Below, piece by piece: positions 17,384-26,495 of a stretch of DNA of 64,000 nt. The first letter of the stretch is position 1. Each line of letters opens with the position of its first letter. The stretch is taken from the NCBI GenBank assembly GCA_964561455.1, contig CAZLPS010000009.1:13380-77379 (forward strand), read 5' to 3'. The position numbers and the translations under genes are program-made. The DNA is from an uncultured Opitutales bacterium (GTDB lineage: Bacteria; Verrucomicrobiota; Verrucomicrobiia; Opitutales; JABDGR01). Under the pieces are notes generated by a model that worked only from the letters and a program-made list of their open reading frames with translations, ran no database searches and was not told where the DNA came from.

Positions 17384-18976
17384 ATGATGGCAAATCCACC
17401 TCTTGCCATGACTTCCCCTATTTCATATCATCGGAAATATTTTGCGGTCCTGGCCGCGTTGCTCGCGGCTGGCGTTTTTGCGAGCCCCGCTCACCTCGGA
17501 GCGGCAGACGCCCCGGCCGCATCCGCCGCTTCCCCCGCCCAACCGGCCGACGGCGTCGAGAAATCCGTCGTCAAGATTTTCGCCACGATGCGCTATCCCG
17601 ACGTTTTTAAGCCCTGGACGAAGGGCGCGCCGCGGGAAATCTCCGGTAGTGGCGTCATCATTGACGGCAATCGCGTTCTCACCAACGCCCACATGGTGCT
17701 GTATGCGAGCCAGATTCAACTGCAAGCCAATGGCTCGGGCGAAAAAGTTTCCGCCACCGTGATCGCGGTTGCGCCGGGCATTGACCTGGCCTTGCTCAAG
17801 GTGGATGACCCGACGTTTTTTGACAATCATCCCCCGTTAGCGCGCGCCTCCAAACTGCCCGACAACAAGGACTCGGTGTTGGTTTACGGCTATCCCACTG
17901 GCGGCAACAACCTCTCCATCACCAAGGGCATTGTTTCGCGCATTGAATTCACCAATTACAATGGCTTTACGGCGGGCCTGCGCATCCAAGTGGACGCACC
18001 CATCAACCCCGGCAATAGCGGCGGCCCGGCCGTCGCCAACAACCAGATGATTGGTCTGGCCTTCAGCCGCCTCGGCGGCGCGGACAATATCGGGTACATC
18101 ATCCCCAACGAGGAAATTGACCTGTTTTTGAACAGCAGTGCCAGCGGCGATTACAAAGGCAAGCCCGGCATGTATGACGATTTGCAGACCCTGGAGAATC
18201 CCGCTCTGCGTCCCTACCTGAAAATTGACAAAAACGTCCATGGCATCATCCTGAACCAGCCCTTCAGCAAGGACCCGGACTACCCGCTGAAGAAATGGGA
18301 CATTGTTACCAAAATTGGCGACACCCCCGTGGATGACGAAGGCATGATTACCGTGGGCAGCGACTTGCGCCTGGCGTTTGAATATTATGTTCAGAAAATC
18401 GCCAAGGACGGCAAGGTGCCGCTGACCGTCGTGCGCGACGGCAAGGAACTGGCGGTACAAGTGCCGGTCTCGCCCGAGCACCCGGCGCTGATTCCCGGCC
18501 TCAACGGCAAAAATCCCTCGTATTACATTTTTGGCCCCATGGTGTTTTCCGCCGCCACCGAGGAATTTATGGACAGTCTTGGCAGCTCCGGCACGATGAG
18601 CTATTTGAGCTATATCGGCAGCCCGCTGGTCACTCGCCGTGGCGATCAACCGGCCTTCCCGGGCGAACAACTGGTGGTTATTGCCTCGCCCTTCTTTTCG
18701 CACAAGTTGGACCTCGGCTATGAGAAGCAGCCGGTCGCCTGGGTCGTGAAGAGCGTCAATGGCGTGACGATCAAAAACTTGGCTCACCTGGTCCAAGTCC
18801 TCAATGACTCGAAGGACGAATATCTGAAATTTGAATTCGCCGGCACCGGCCTCGAAACTTTCGTCTTCCCGCGCCAGGCCATGAAAGACTCGACGGACGA
18901 AATTCTTACCGACAACGATATCCGCTCCCAAGCTTCGCCGGACGTCCTCGCCACCCTGAATAAAACGGCAAAGTGA
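17384..18976 (+). CDS. Deg/HtrA-type S1C serine protease, copy 1
   Basis: The catalytic triad context is TNAHMV, DLALLKV and GNSGGPA. A signal-like N-terminus and a C-terminal PDZ-like region are present. Confidence 0.85.
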   Translation: MMANPPLAMTSPISYHRKYFAVLAALLAAGVFASPAHLGAADAPAASAASPAQPADGVEKSVVKIFATMRYPDVFKPWTKGAPREISGSGVIIDGNRVLTNAHMVLYASQIQLQANGSGEKVSATVIAVAPGIDLALLKVDDPTFFDNHPPLARASKLPDNKDSVLVYGYPTGGNNLSITKGIVSRIEFTNYNGFTAGLRIQVDAPINPGNSGGPAVANNQMIGLAFSRLGGADNIGYIIPNEEIDLFLNSSASGDYKGKPGMYDDLQTLENPALRPYLKIDKNVHGIILNQPFSKDPDYPLKKWDIVTKIGDTPVDDEGMITVGSDLRLAFEYYVQKIAKDGKVPLTVVRDGKELAVQVPVSPEHPALIPGLNGKNPSYYIFGPMVFSAATEEFMDSLGSSGTMSYLSYIGSPLVTRRGDQPAFPGEQLVVIASPFFSHKLDLGYEKQPVAWVVKSVNGVTIKNLAHLVQVLNDSKDEYLKFEFAGTGLETFVFPRQAMKDSTDEILTDNDIRSQASPDVLATLNKTAK

Positions 18977-19009
18977 CCTGGGCCCGGCTCTTTCACTCCC
19001 CGCCCGCAT

Positions 19010-20632
19010 ATGCAAGCCCTCCTCCGAAATCTTCATGGCTCACCCGGGTCGCACAGGTTGGGCTGGCTGGCCGGAGCCTTGTTTTGCGGGAACCTCCTTC
19101 AAGCGGCAACGCCACCGGCCGACGACGCAAACCCCACCGTCCCGTCCGCCACCTCGACCGCCACCGTGCCTGCGGCCGCTGCCTCGAGCGCCGTGGAAAA
19201 CTCAGTGGTGAAAATTTTCTCCACTGTTCGCAACCCCGATTTTGGGCGGCCTTGGACCAAAGCCACGCCAACGCAAATCAGCGGCAGCGGGGTGGTCATT
19301 GATGGCAAACGTATTCTGACCAATGCCCATGTGGTGCACTATGCCAGCCAAATTCAAGTGCAGGCGGCCCATTCGGGCGAAAAGGTTTCGGCGAAGGTTG
19401 AGATCCTGGCCACTGGCATTGACCTCGCCATTCTGACCCTGGATGACCCGGCCTTCTTTGACACCCATCCGCCGCTCCCGCGGGCGACCAAGATTCCCGA
19501 CCCCAAGGATTCCGTTATCGTTTACGGCTTTCCGACGGGCGGGACCAGCTTGTCCGTCACCAAGGGCATTATTTCCCGCATCGAATTTGCCAGCTACAAC
19601 GAAGGCGTCGCCGGTTTGCGCATTCAAATTGACGCCGCCATCAATCCGGGCAACAGCGGCGGGCCTGCCGTGGTCAATGACCAGATGGTCGGCCTGGCCT
19701 TCAGCAAGCTCAGCGCGGCGGATAACATCGGCTACATCATTCCCGGTGAGGAAATTGAACTGTTTCTCAAGGACATCGCTGACGGGCATTACGACGGCAA
19801 ATGGGCCATGTACGACGAAACCCAAAAGCTGGAAAACAGCGCCATGCGCCAATACCTCAAGCTTGGCCCGGCCCAGCATGGCGTCATGGTCGCCGGCCCC
19901 TTCAACGACAATCCCGACTATCCGCTTAAGAAATGGGACGTGATATCCAAGATAGGGGACCGGCCCATTGATGACGAGGGCATGATCAACCTTGGCAACG
20001 ATGTCCGGGTTAGCTACCGGTTCTTTGTGCAAAAAATTGCCCAGGACGCCAAAGTGCCCCTGACCATTATCCGCGACGGCAAGGAACAAAACATCCAACT
20101 GCCGGTGGGGAAATTCCGCCCCATGCTCATTCCTTTCCTTGGCGACAACTATCCTTCCTATTACGTCTTCGGCCCAATGGTATTTACCAAGGCCACGCAG
20201 GAATTTGTCGGCCGTCTGGGCGCAACGTCCGCGCAGAACGCGCTCAACTTCCAAACTTTGCTCAGCACCATTGGCAGCCCGCTGGCGTTGCGTCGGGGCG
20301 ACAAACCGGCATTCGCCGGTGAGGAACTGGTCGTCGTCACCGCGCCGTTCTTCCCGCACAAGCTCGATGTCGGTTACATCCAGAGCCCGGTTTCGTGGGT
20401 GGTGAAGAGCGTGAACGGTATCGCAATCAAGAATCTGGCGCACCTCGTGCAGGTGCTGAATGATTCCAAGGACGAGTATCTGCGATTTGAATTTGCGGGC
20501 CGGGACGTCGAGCTGTTCATTTTCCCGCGCCAGGCCATGAAAGATTCGACTGAGGGCGTTCTGACCGACAATGACATCCGCGCCCAGGGTTCGGCGGACG
20601 TGTTGCCGACGGCGGCCAAAGCCGCCAATTAA
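19010..20632 (+). CDS. Deg/HtrA-type S1C serine protease, copy 2 (tandem paralog)
   Basis: The triad context is TNAHVV, DLAILTL and GNSGGPA. The protein is collinear with copy 1 over the full length, for example the shared LAHLVQVLNDSKDEYL(K/R)FEFAG ... FPRQAMKDST. Confidence 0.85.
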   Translation: MQALLRNLHGSPGSHRLGWLAGALFCGNLLQAATPPADDANPTVPSATSTATVPAAAASSAVENSVVKIFSTVRNPDFGRPWTKATPTQISGSGVVIDGKRILTNAHVVHYASQIQVQAAHSGEKVSAKVEILATGIDLAILTLDDPAFFDTHPPLPRATKIPDPKDSVIVYGFPTGGTSLSVTKGIISRIEFASYNEGVAGLRIQIDAAINPGNSGGPAVVNDQMVGLAFSKLSAADNIGYIIPGEEIELFLKDIADGHYDGKWAMYDETQKLENSAMRQYLKLGPAQHGVMVAGPFNDNPDYPLKKWDVISKIGDRPIDDEGMINLGNDVRVSYRFFVQKIAQDAKVPLTIIRDGKEQNIQLPVGKFRPMLIPFLGDNYPSYYVFGPMVFTKATQEFVGRLGATSAQNALNFQTLLSTIGSPLALRRGDKPAFAGEELVVVTAPFFPHKLDVGYIQSPVSWVVKSVNGIAIKNLAHLVQVLNDSKDEYLRFEFAGRDVELFIFPRQAMKDSTEGVLTDNDIRAQGSADVLPTAAKAAN

Positions 20633-20656
20633 GCTGCGTCCGCCCATATTCGTGGC

Positions 20657-21433
20657 ATGAGCACCGACCCAACCAGGCGATTCAGCACCCGCGTCGCCGA
20701 TTATGTCCGGTTTCGCCCGCGCTACCCTGCGGCGGTGATTGACTTGCTGCGGTCGGAAATGGGCTTGCAGCCCACCCATGTCATTGTGGATGTCGGTTCG
20801 GGCACGGGTTTTTTGAGCGAACTCTTTCTCGACCAGGGGTACCGCGTGTTCGGAGTCGAACCCAATGCGGAAATGCGCGCGGCGGGCGAACAGTTGCTGG
20901 CTGCCCGGCCCGACTTCACCAGTGTAGCTGGCACCGCGGAGGCGACCACCCTCGATCCGCAAACAGCGGACTTCGTCGTGGCTGGCCAGGCCTTCCACTG
21001 GTTTAAGCCGGCGGAGGCGCGGCGGGAGTTTCAACGCCTGCTCCGGCCATCCGGCTGGGTGGTGCTAGTCTGGAACGACCGCAAGGACCATGCCTCCGGA
21101 GTCTATGGAGCCTACGAGCAAATCATTCTCGATTTCCGCACGGATGCCGCTGCGGATAAGCGAATGCTTTTTTCCAAAGATTCGGCGGAACTCGCCGCTT
21201 TCTTTGCGCCCCAGCCGGTTATTCACCGTGTCGTCCCGGGCGTCACCCAGGAATTCGATTTTTCCGGTCTCCTTGGCCGGATGCTGTCGTCGTCTTACGC
21301 ACCGCAACCCGGGCATCCCCGGCATGAGCCGATGGTCGCGGCGCTGCGACGCTTGTTCGACGAGCATCAGCAGGATGGCAAGGTGCGCTTTGAGCATGTG
21401 ACGGAAATTTATTTCGGCCGGTTGGGAAACTGA
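20657..21433 (+). CDS. Class I SAM-dependent methyltransferase (Methyltransf_11-like)
   Basis: Motif I is VIVDVGSGTGFLSELF. The sequence VAGQAFHWF is characteristic of this group. Confidence 0.8.
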   Translation: MSTDPTRRFSTRVADYVRFRPRYPAAVIDLLRSEMGLQPTHVIVDVGSGTGFLSELFLDQGYRVFGVEPNAEMRAAGEQLLAARPDFTSVAGTAEATTLDPQTADFVVAGQAFHWFKPAEARREFQRLLRPSGWVVLVWNDRKDHASGVYGAYEQIILDFRTDAAADKRMLFSKDSAELAAFFAPQPVIHRVVPGVTQEFDFSGLLGRMLSSSYAPQPGHPRHEPMVAALRRLFDEHQQDGKVRFEHVTEIYFGRLGN

Positions 21434-21492
21434 CGATGCCCGCCATGTCGAAAACCCATTGCATTGCCAATTTGGTACAATCGCCAGCGCAT

Positions 21493-22322
21493 TCATTCAA
21501 TCGCGGCGCCATTCCCGTTTAAATTGCCCACTGGCCACGCCCTCGCCAGATCCAACCCCATCTTCTCCCGCGCGAACTCCACCAAATCCGCCGGCGGCGG
21601 TGCCATAAACTCTCCCAGCCCTTCCTCCAGAAATCGTAGTCGGCTGGCATGCAGCGCCTGGCGCCGCATGGGGAGCGCGGCCGCGTGCCGCGCGGTCCAC
21701 CCTTGCTTGGCAAATTCGAGATACAGCGTTTCGTCCGGCCCATATAGCTTGTCACCCACAATCGCATGTCCGAGGTGCGCGGCATGCACGCGGATTTGAT
21801 GCGTCCGACCGGTCAACGGAAATACGCGGGCCAGCGTTAATCCACGCGTTGCGATGATCGGCTCAAACCGGGTCTGCGCGGATTCCGCCCCGGGTTCCCC
21901 GGCTAATGCCACCCGCCGCTTGACCGCGATCGCATTGCCGGCATCGCGCACAAGCGGCGCTTCCACCACCTTTTCTTCGTGCAATTCATCATTCAAAAAG
22001 GCCAGGTACGTTTTTTCCACCCGCCGGTTTTGCATGGCCATCTGGTATCGCCGTGCCGCCAGCGGATGGAGCGCCACCACCACCACGCCGCTGGTTTCCC
22101 GGTCCAGCCGCGTGACAATGTGCAATGTGCCGCGTGCAGATGCTCGCGTAATGCTCCAACCAGGGAGGACCAGGGCCCGTTCTTCGACGGATGGCAGACC
22201 ACCCACCCGGGTTTATTCAGCACCACGACATCGTCATCCTGGTGCAAAATCCAGCGCGGCAATTCCACCGGGTCAATCAGTGGCGCCTGATCTCCGGCGG
22301 TTGTCGAGTCGGTGGTATTCAC
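21493..22322 (-). pseudogene. RluA-family pseudouridine synthase with a frameshift
   Basis: The N-terminal part (ILHQDDDVVVLNKPGWVVCHPSKNGPWSSLVGALREHL) is in the frame of track ORF 21993-22511. The catalytic part (LHIVTRLDRETSGVVVV ... KTYLAFL ... GRTHQIRVH) is in the frame of 21493-22206. The switch is near 22130-22150. A GTG at 22322 sits 5 nt after the upstream stop. Confidence 0.7.
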
Positions 22323-22327
22323 CGGAA

Positions 22328-22672
22328 TCAGTTGGTCACCGGCGGCAGCGAGGCCGGGGCAGGAGCGGTTTTGGACACCATGAGGATGGTTTTCTTTTCC
22401 GGACGAAAGAGAATCCACAGGAGCAGGCCGGCCGGCCAGAAAGCCACCGCCACCAGCATCGCCGCCGCCCAGCCGGGCTTGCCCCGCGCCTTGGCGTCTC
22501 GCCATGCCCACGCAATTGAGCCGCAGAAGATGCAGGTGATCAGCAAAAAGAACGCCGTGCCAAAGAAAAGCCCGAGAGTGTGGAAGACCAGTGTCGCCGC
22601 CAGACCCACGATGACCACGGAGCCGCCGAAAAAGGCGAGCGCCGCCAGCGCGAAAATAACCATCATGCCCAT
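22328..22672 (-). CDS. Small membrane protein
   Basis: This 114-aa protein has about three or four hydrophobic helices. It sits immediately upstream of the rluA-like gene. Confidence 0.55.
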   Translation of the reverse strand: MGMMVIFALAALAFFGGSVVIVGLAATLVFHTLGLFFGTAFFLLITCIFCGSIAWAWRDAKARGKPGWAAAMLVAVAFWPAGLLLWILFRPEKKTILMVSKTAPAPASLPPVTN

Positions 22673-22918
22673 GTCCTCAGGCTAGGCGGGGTCGGTTAAG
22701 TGTCAAAGGCAATCCGAGTTGGCAGCCACAGCTGGGCGTCGCGGGTGGAGTAGCAACGATCCCGCAAATGCGGGACCGCCCTTCCGGATCTACCATACTT
22801 CTGAAGGCGGCCTGAAGCTCCGCGCTCCGATATTGCTCGGGCAATTTGTTGGCATTTTGCCCAATTTCCTTGGCAAACAGCCTCGTGGAGCCTTAATAGA
22901 ACCATCACTTGCGTCTCC

Positions 22919-23149
22919 ATGGATGAGATTGATTCAATATTTGCCCGCAACGAGAATGTCGTAATCGCTGAAAATGCGCCGGCAGGGTTTCGACCATCGG
23001 CATCGGCATGGGTGATTTCCCGGCGGGTGGTTGAGGATGAATTTCAAGCCCATGCCGTGGGTTTCCCCGTTAATTCAGTTCTTTTCCTGATCGAATTCGC
23101 AGATGGCAGTGCCGCGGAAATGCCAGCGGCATTTTTGCGGCATCGCTGA
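22919..23149 (+). CDS. Small hypothetical protein (tandem paralog A)
   Basis: This 76-aa ORF aligns with the next ORF: VVIAENAPAGFRPSASAWV ... SVLFLIEFADGSAAEMPAAFL against VRITGDAQAKFHPREPGSI ... TVLFLVEFGSGFTIEIPEVFL. Confidence 0.5.
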   Translation: MDEIDSIFARNENVVIAENAPAGFRPSASAWVISRRVVEDEFQAHAVGFPVNSVLFLIEFADGSAAEMPAAFLRHR

Positions 23150-23204
23150 CAAGCTTGGTCGCCGGATTTCGTTTAACACCTGGAGTAACTCCATCTTTCG
23201 CGTC

Positions 23205-23444
23205 ATGTCTGACAAAGACCTTAAATTTAACTATGGTGATGCGGTTCGGATCACCGGCGACGCCCAGGCAAAATTCCATCCCCGGGAACCGGGATCGATT
23301 TGTGGATACCGTACAATTGAAACCGAGGACCAGGCATTGACATCCGGGTTCTCCATCCAGACCGTGCTTTTTTTGGTTGAATTTGGCAGCGGGTTCACAA
23401 TTGAGATTCCGGAGGTATTTCTCGAGCGATTGGGCAACGAATGA
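23205..23444 (+). CDS. Small hypothetical protein (tandem paralog B)
   Basis: The internal ATG at 23205 (MSDKDLKFNYGDAVRITG...) gives a 79-aa protein collinear with 22919-23149. Confidence 0.55.
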   Translation: MSDKDLKFNYGDAVRITGDAQAKFHPREPGSICGYRTIETEDQALTSGFSIQTVLFLVEFGSGFTIEIPEVFLERLGNE

Positions 23445-23486
23445 ATCCAATTCGATTTTCGTCGTAGCGCCGGCTTAAGCACCGCG

Positions 23487-24827
23487 CTACTTACTTGAAT
23501 CCTTCCGCAACTGTTCCAGCACGTCGAAGAAATCGGGGAAGGTTTTTCCGCAGCATTCGGGGTTTTCGATTTGGAGCCAGGGTTTGCCTGTTCCCAGGAG
23601 GTCGTGGGAGCCAAGAATGCCGAAGCTCATCGCCACGCGGTGATCCTCGTAGGTTTCGATGCTCAGCAGTTTTTTCACCTTCACCGCCTTGGCGGCGAGG
23701 ACTTTCAGCTTTTTAAGATTGGGCGTGATCGCCAATCCATCCTCAAATTCCTCGACGCCCTGGCCGAGCTTTTTCAACTCGGTCGCCATGGCGCGGATGC
23801 GGTCGGTTTCCTGTTTGCGCGTATGCGCGATGCCGAAGATGCGCGTCGGCCCATCCAATAGCGGCGCAATCGCGGCCAGCGTGAGGAACGTGTCCGAGAA
23901 AGGATTGAAATTCTGTGTCACGCCATGCCGGGTTGACCCGGCGGAGATCTCTGTGTGGTAAGCTTTCTTTGCGACGTGAAGTCCGACGGCCTGGGCCACC
24001 GTCAGGAAACCGATGTCGCCCTGCAGGTCAGTATTTTCGCCGAGGCCCATGATTTGGTAGCCCGGTGCCGCGCCGGGAGCCGCGAGCGGGAGCGCCACGA
24101 AATAGCTCGCCGCGGTGGCGTCCGGCTCGACGTGGTAGAACTCGTTGAATCCCGGGGCATCTATGTCCGGCACGAAACCCCGATTGAAGCGCGGGATCAT
24201 CTTGGCCGTCATCAGGACGAAGGGTTCGGAGACCAATTGCCCCATGCGGTGCAGCTCGAGATGCCCTTTGGCCCACGCTGCCGCAATCATCATGGCCGAC
24301 AATATTTGCGAGGAGGCCGAGGCATCCACCTCCACCCCGCCGCCCGGCAGCCCGTGAGTGCGCAAAATAAAAGGATAGTGGTCCGGCTGCCCTTTGAATT
24401 CGATGTCGGCACCGAGCCGCCGGAGGGCGTCGAGCAGGCCTTTCATCGGGCGGCGGTTCATGGCTTCGTCGCCTGTCAGCGTAAATTCCCCGCGTTTCTT
24501 CAAACACAACACTGCCGGCAGAAAGCGCGCCGCCGTGCCCGCGTTGCCGACGTCAAGGGACGCCTTCGCCTCGGGGATCATGCCCCCGTGGCCTTCGATG
24601 CGGATCGTCTTCGCCTTCGTGCTCGTCGCAATTTTAAATCCCAGCGACCGCAGGGCCTTGACCATGATTTCCGTGTCGCGGGAAAAAAGGGCGCCGCGCA
24701 ACGTCACCGGGTCGCGGCACAGCGCCGCCAAAATCAGCGCGCGATTTGTAATGCTCTTGGATCCGGGTAACTCCACCGAGCCACGGACCGGTTGGGTGAA
24801 GGGCGTGATGGGAAGGGGGTCTTTCAC
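23487..24827 (-). CDS. aroA: 3-phosphoshikimate 1-carboxyvinyltransferase (EPSP synthase)
   Basis: The N-terminal motif LPGSKSITNRALILAAL is present. The length (446 aa) and overall pattern fit EPSP synthase. Confidence 0.92.
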   Translation of the reverse strand: MKDPLPITPFTQPVRGSVELPGSKSITNRALILAALCRDPVTLRGALFSRDTEIMVKALRSLGFKIATSTKAKTIRIEGHGGMIPEAKASLDVGNAGTAARFLPAVLCLKKRGEFTLTGDEAMNRRPMKGLLDALRRLGADIEFKGQPDHYPFILRTHGLPGGGVEVDASASSQILSAMMIAAAWAKGHLELHRMGQLVSEPFVLMTAKMIPRFNRGFVPDIDAPGFNEFYHVEPDATAASYFVALPLAAPGAAPGYQIMGLGENTDLQGDIGFLTVAQAVGLHVAKKAYHTEISAGSTRHGVTQNFNPFSDTFLTLAAIAPLLDGPTRIFGIAHTRKQETDRIRAMATELKKLGQGVEEFEDGLAITPNLKKLKVLAAKAVKVKKLLSIETYEDHRVAMSFGILGSHDLLGTGKPWLQIENPECCGKTFPDFFDVLEQLRKDSSK

Positions 24828-24830
24828 AAC

Positions 24831-25056
24831 TGAAGAGGGAAGGGTAAAGGGTGAAGAGTGAAACGCGTAATTTTGAATTATGAATTACGAATTTTGAAAT
24901 CCGGAACGGACTGAGGGGCGGTAGGGACGAAAGATGAGGTTTGAAACAAATAAGTCGGAAATTTCAGAAGTAAAATTTAGATTGAGATGGCTTCATCCTT
25001 CATCCCTCATCCTTCATCCTTTCGCTCTCATCCCTTGTCTCCCAGCGGTCTCAGCT
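24831..25056. repeat. Heptamer arrays flanking the aroA-tyrA intergenic region
   Basis: The purine-rich left array reads tgaagag ggaaggg taaaggg tgaagag tgaaacg, followed by cgtaatt ttgaatt atgaatt acgaatt ttgaaat. The pyrimidine-rich right array reads cttcatc cttcatc cctcatc cttcatc ctttcgc tctcatc and runs into the tyrA stop. Confidence 0.6.
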
Positions 25057-25891
25057 TTACGCGGTAGTCGCGGCCGCGTTCGAGGATGTGCTGGAGGGCG
25101 AACGGTTGGGCGTTGTGCAGCGCGGCCCGCAGATGGTCCAGTTCCTTTTGAAAACCATCCAGGGCGCGGGAAATTTCCTCCCGATTCTCGATGGCAATGG
25201 CTTTCCAGAGGGTCGGGTCGCCCGCCGCCACCCGGGTGGTGTCGCGCAAACCTGGTCCGGCAAATTGAATCCACTTGGGGTTGCGCGTGCCGAGGTAGGC
25301 GCAAAACGCCGAAGCCAGCAAATGGGGGAGGTGGCTGAGATGGGCAACAATCTCATCGTGTTCCTCGGGCGTGGTCTCCGCCACTTCCATGCCGAGCGCC
25401 TTCCAAAAGCGCGTCGCCCGGTCCACGTCCTTTGCCGGCGTATCCACCAGCGGGGTGACAAAACAGGCCCGGCCGTGAAACAGCGCGGCGTCCGCGTGCT
25501 CAAGGCCGCCCTTTTCCGAGCCGGCCATCGGGTGCGAACCCACGAAACCGATCTTCTTGGGTAGCGCCGCGCGCCCGTGGCGGCAAATCAGGCTTTTGGT
25601 GGAGCCGACATCGGTCACTAGCGTGCCGGGTTTGAGTTTTTTCGCGATTTGCTCGAGCAAGGGCACAATCGTGTCCACCGGCGTGCACACGACGACCAAG
25701 TCGGCCTTCGCCACGGCCTTGCCGGCATCGGCAAAGACTTCATCACACCAGGTTTTGCCTTCGCACTTCGCCCGCGTTTCTGCCCGGCGCGACCATGCGG
25801 CGGTGCGTTCGCACAAGCCGAGCTGCTTCGCGGCTTTCAGCAGCGAAGCACCCAGGAGTCCAGGGCCGAGGATGGTGATTTGCTTGAACAT
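25028..25891 (-). CDS. tyrA: Prephenate/arogenate dehydrogenase
   Basis: The N-terminal Rossmann motif is ITILGPGLLGASLL. The sequences GSHPMAGSE and HDEIVAHLSHLPHLLA are typical of the family. Confidence 0.88.
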   Translation of the reverse strand: MFKQITILGPGLLGASLLKAAKQLGLCERTAAWSRRAETRAKCEGKTWCDEVFADAGKAVAKADLVVVCTPVDTIVPLLEQIAKKLKPGTLVTDVGSTKSLICRHGRAALPKKIGFVGSHPMAGSEKGGLEHADAALFHGRACFVTPLVDTPAKDVDRATRFWKALGMEVAETTPEEHDEIVAHLSHLPHLLASAFCAYLGTRNPKWIQFAGPGLRDTTRVAAGDPTLWKAIAIENREEISRALDGFQKELDHLRAALHNAQPFALQHILERGRDYRVKLRPLGDKG

Positions 25892-25894
25892 GGG

Positions 25895-26464
25895 TTAACT
25901 GCCCGGTTTCGCAACCGGCAGCGCGGCCAGCGCCGGCGGCAACTTGTCGGCTTCGTAAGTCGGAAAACTCATCTCCAACAGGGACACATGGGGTACGGCG
26001 AAATGCGCCTGACCCTCGCTGCGGTCCACGAGCACCAGCACGGCAGCCGTGACGGCACCCGCGCCGGCAATGAGGTCGAGGCATTCTTGCACGCGCCCGC
26101 CGCGGGTGATGACATCTTCGACCACCAGCACGCGCTCACCGGGGGCAAACTTGAAATTGCGGCGCAGCGCGAGCTTGTCATTCACCTTTTCGGCAAAGAC
26201 AAAGCGCTTGTTCGTCTGCCGGGCGATTTCCTGCCCGAGGACCAATCCGCCCATCGCTGGCGCAAGGACCGTGGCAAAGTCGCGCGCGGTGAATTTCGCC
26301 AGCAGCATCTGGCAAAGGCGCGTCACCGCTTCCATGTTCTGGCACACCTGCGCGCACTGGAAATAATGCCCGCTGTGCAGCCCAGAGCGGAGGACGAAAT
26401 GCCCCTCGAGCAGCGCGCCGGTCTTCTTGAAAATGCTCAACACCTCATTGGCGGATGAATCCAT
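25895..26464 (-). CDS. pyrE: Orotate phosphoribosyltransferase
   Basis: The sequence FVLRSGLHSGHYF is present, with the PRPP-binding motif VLVVEDVITRGG. Confidence 0.88.
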   Translation of the reverse strand: MDSSANEVLSIFKKTGALLEGHFVLRSGLHSGHYFQCAQVCQNMEAVTRLCQMLLAKFTARDFATVLAPAMGGLVLGQEIARQTNKRFVFAEKVNDKLALRRNFKFAPGERVLVVEDVITRGGRVQECLDLIAGAGAVTAAVLVLVDRSEGQAHFAVPHVSLLEMSFPTYEADKLPPALAALPVAKPGS

Positions 26465-26495
26465 GGGAAAACCGTAAGGGATTGAGGTTCAAAGG

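Noticed and set aside
22696-22950. An 84-aa minus-strand ORF, and the 81-aa plus-strand ORF at 22719-22964, in the gap before the small tandem paralogs.
   Set aside because: The sequence is not protein-like (Arg/Cys/Gln-rich with no hydrophobic periodicity) and there is no RBS. A more protein-like alternative frame is closed by a TAA and has no start. The region is treated as noncoding and contains a small hairpin, tcccgca-aa-tgcggga, at about 22759-22774.
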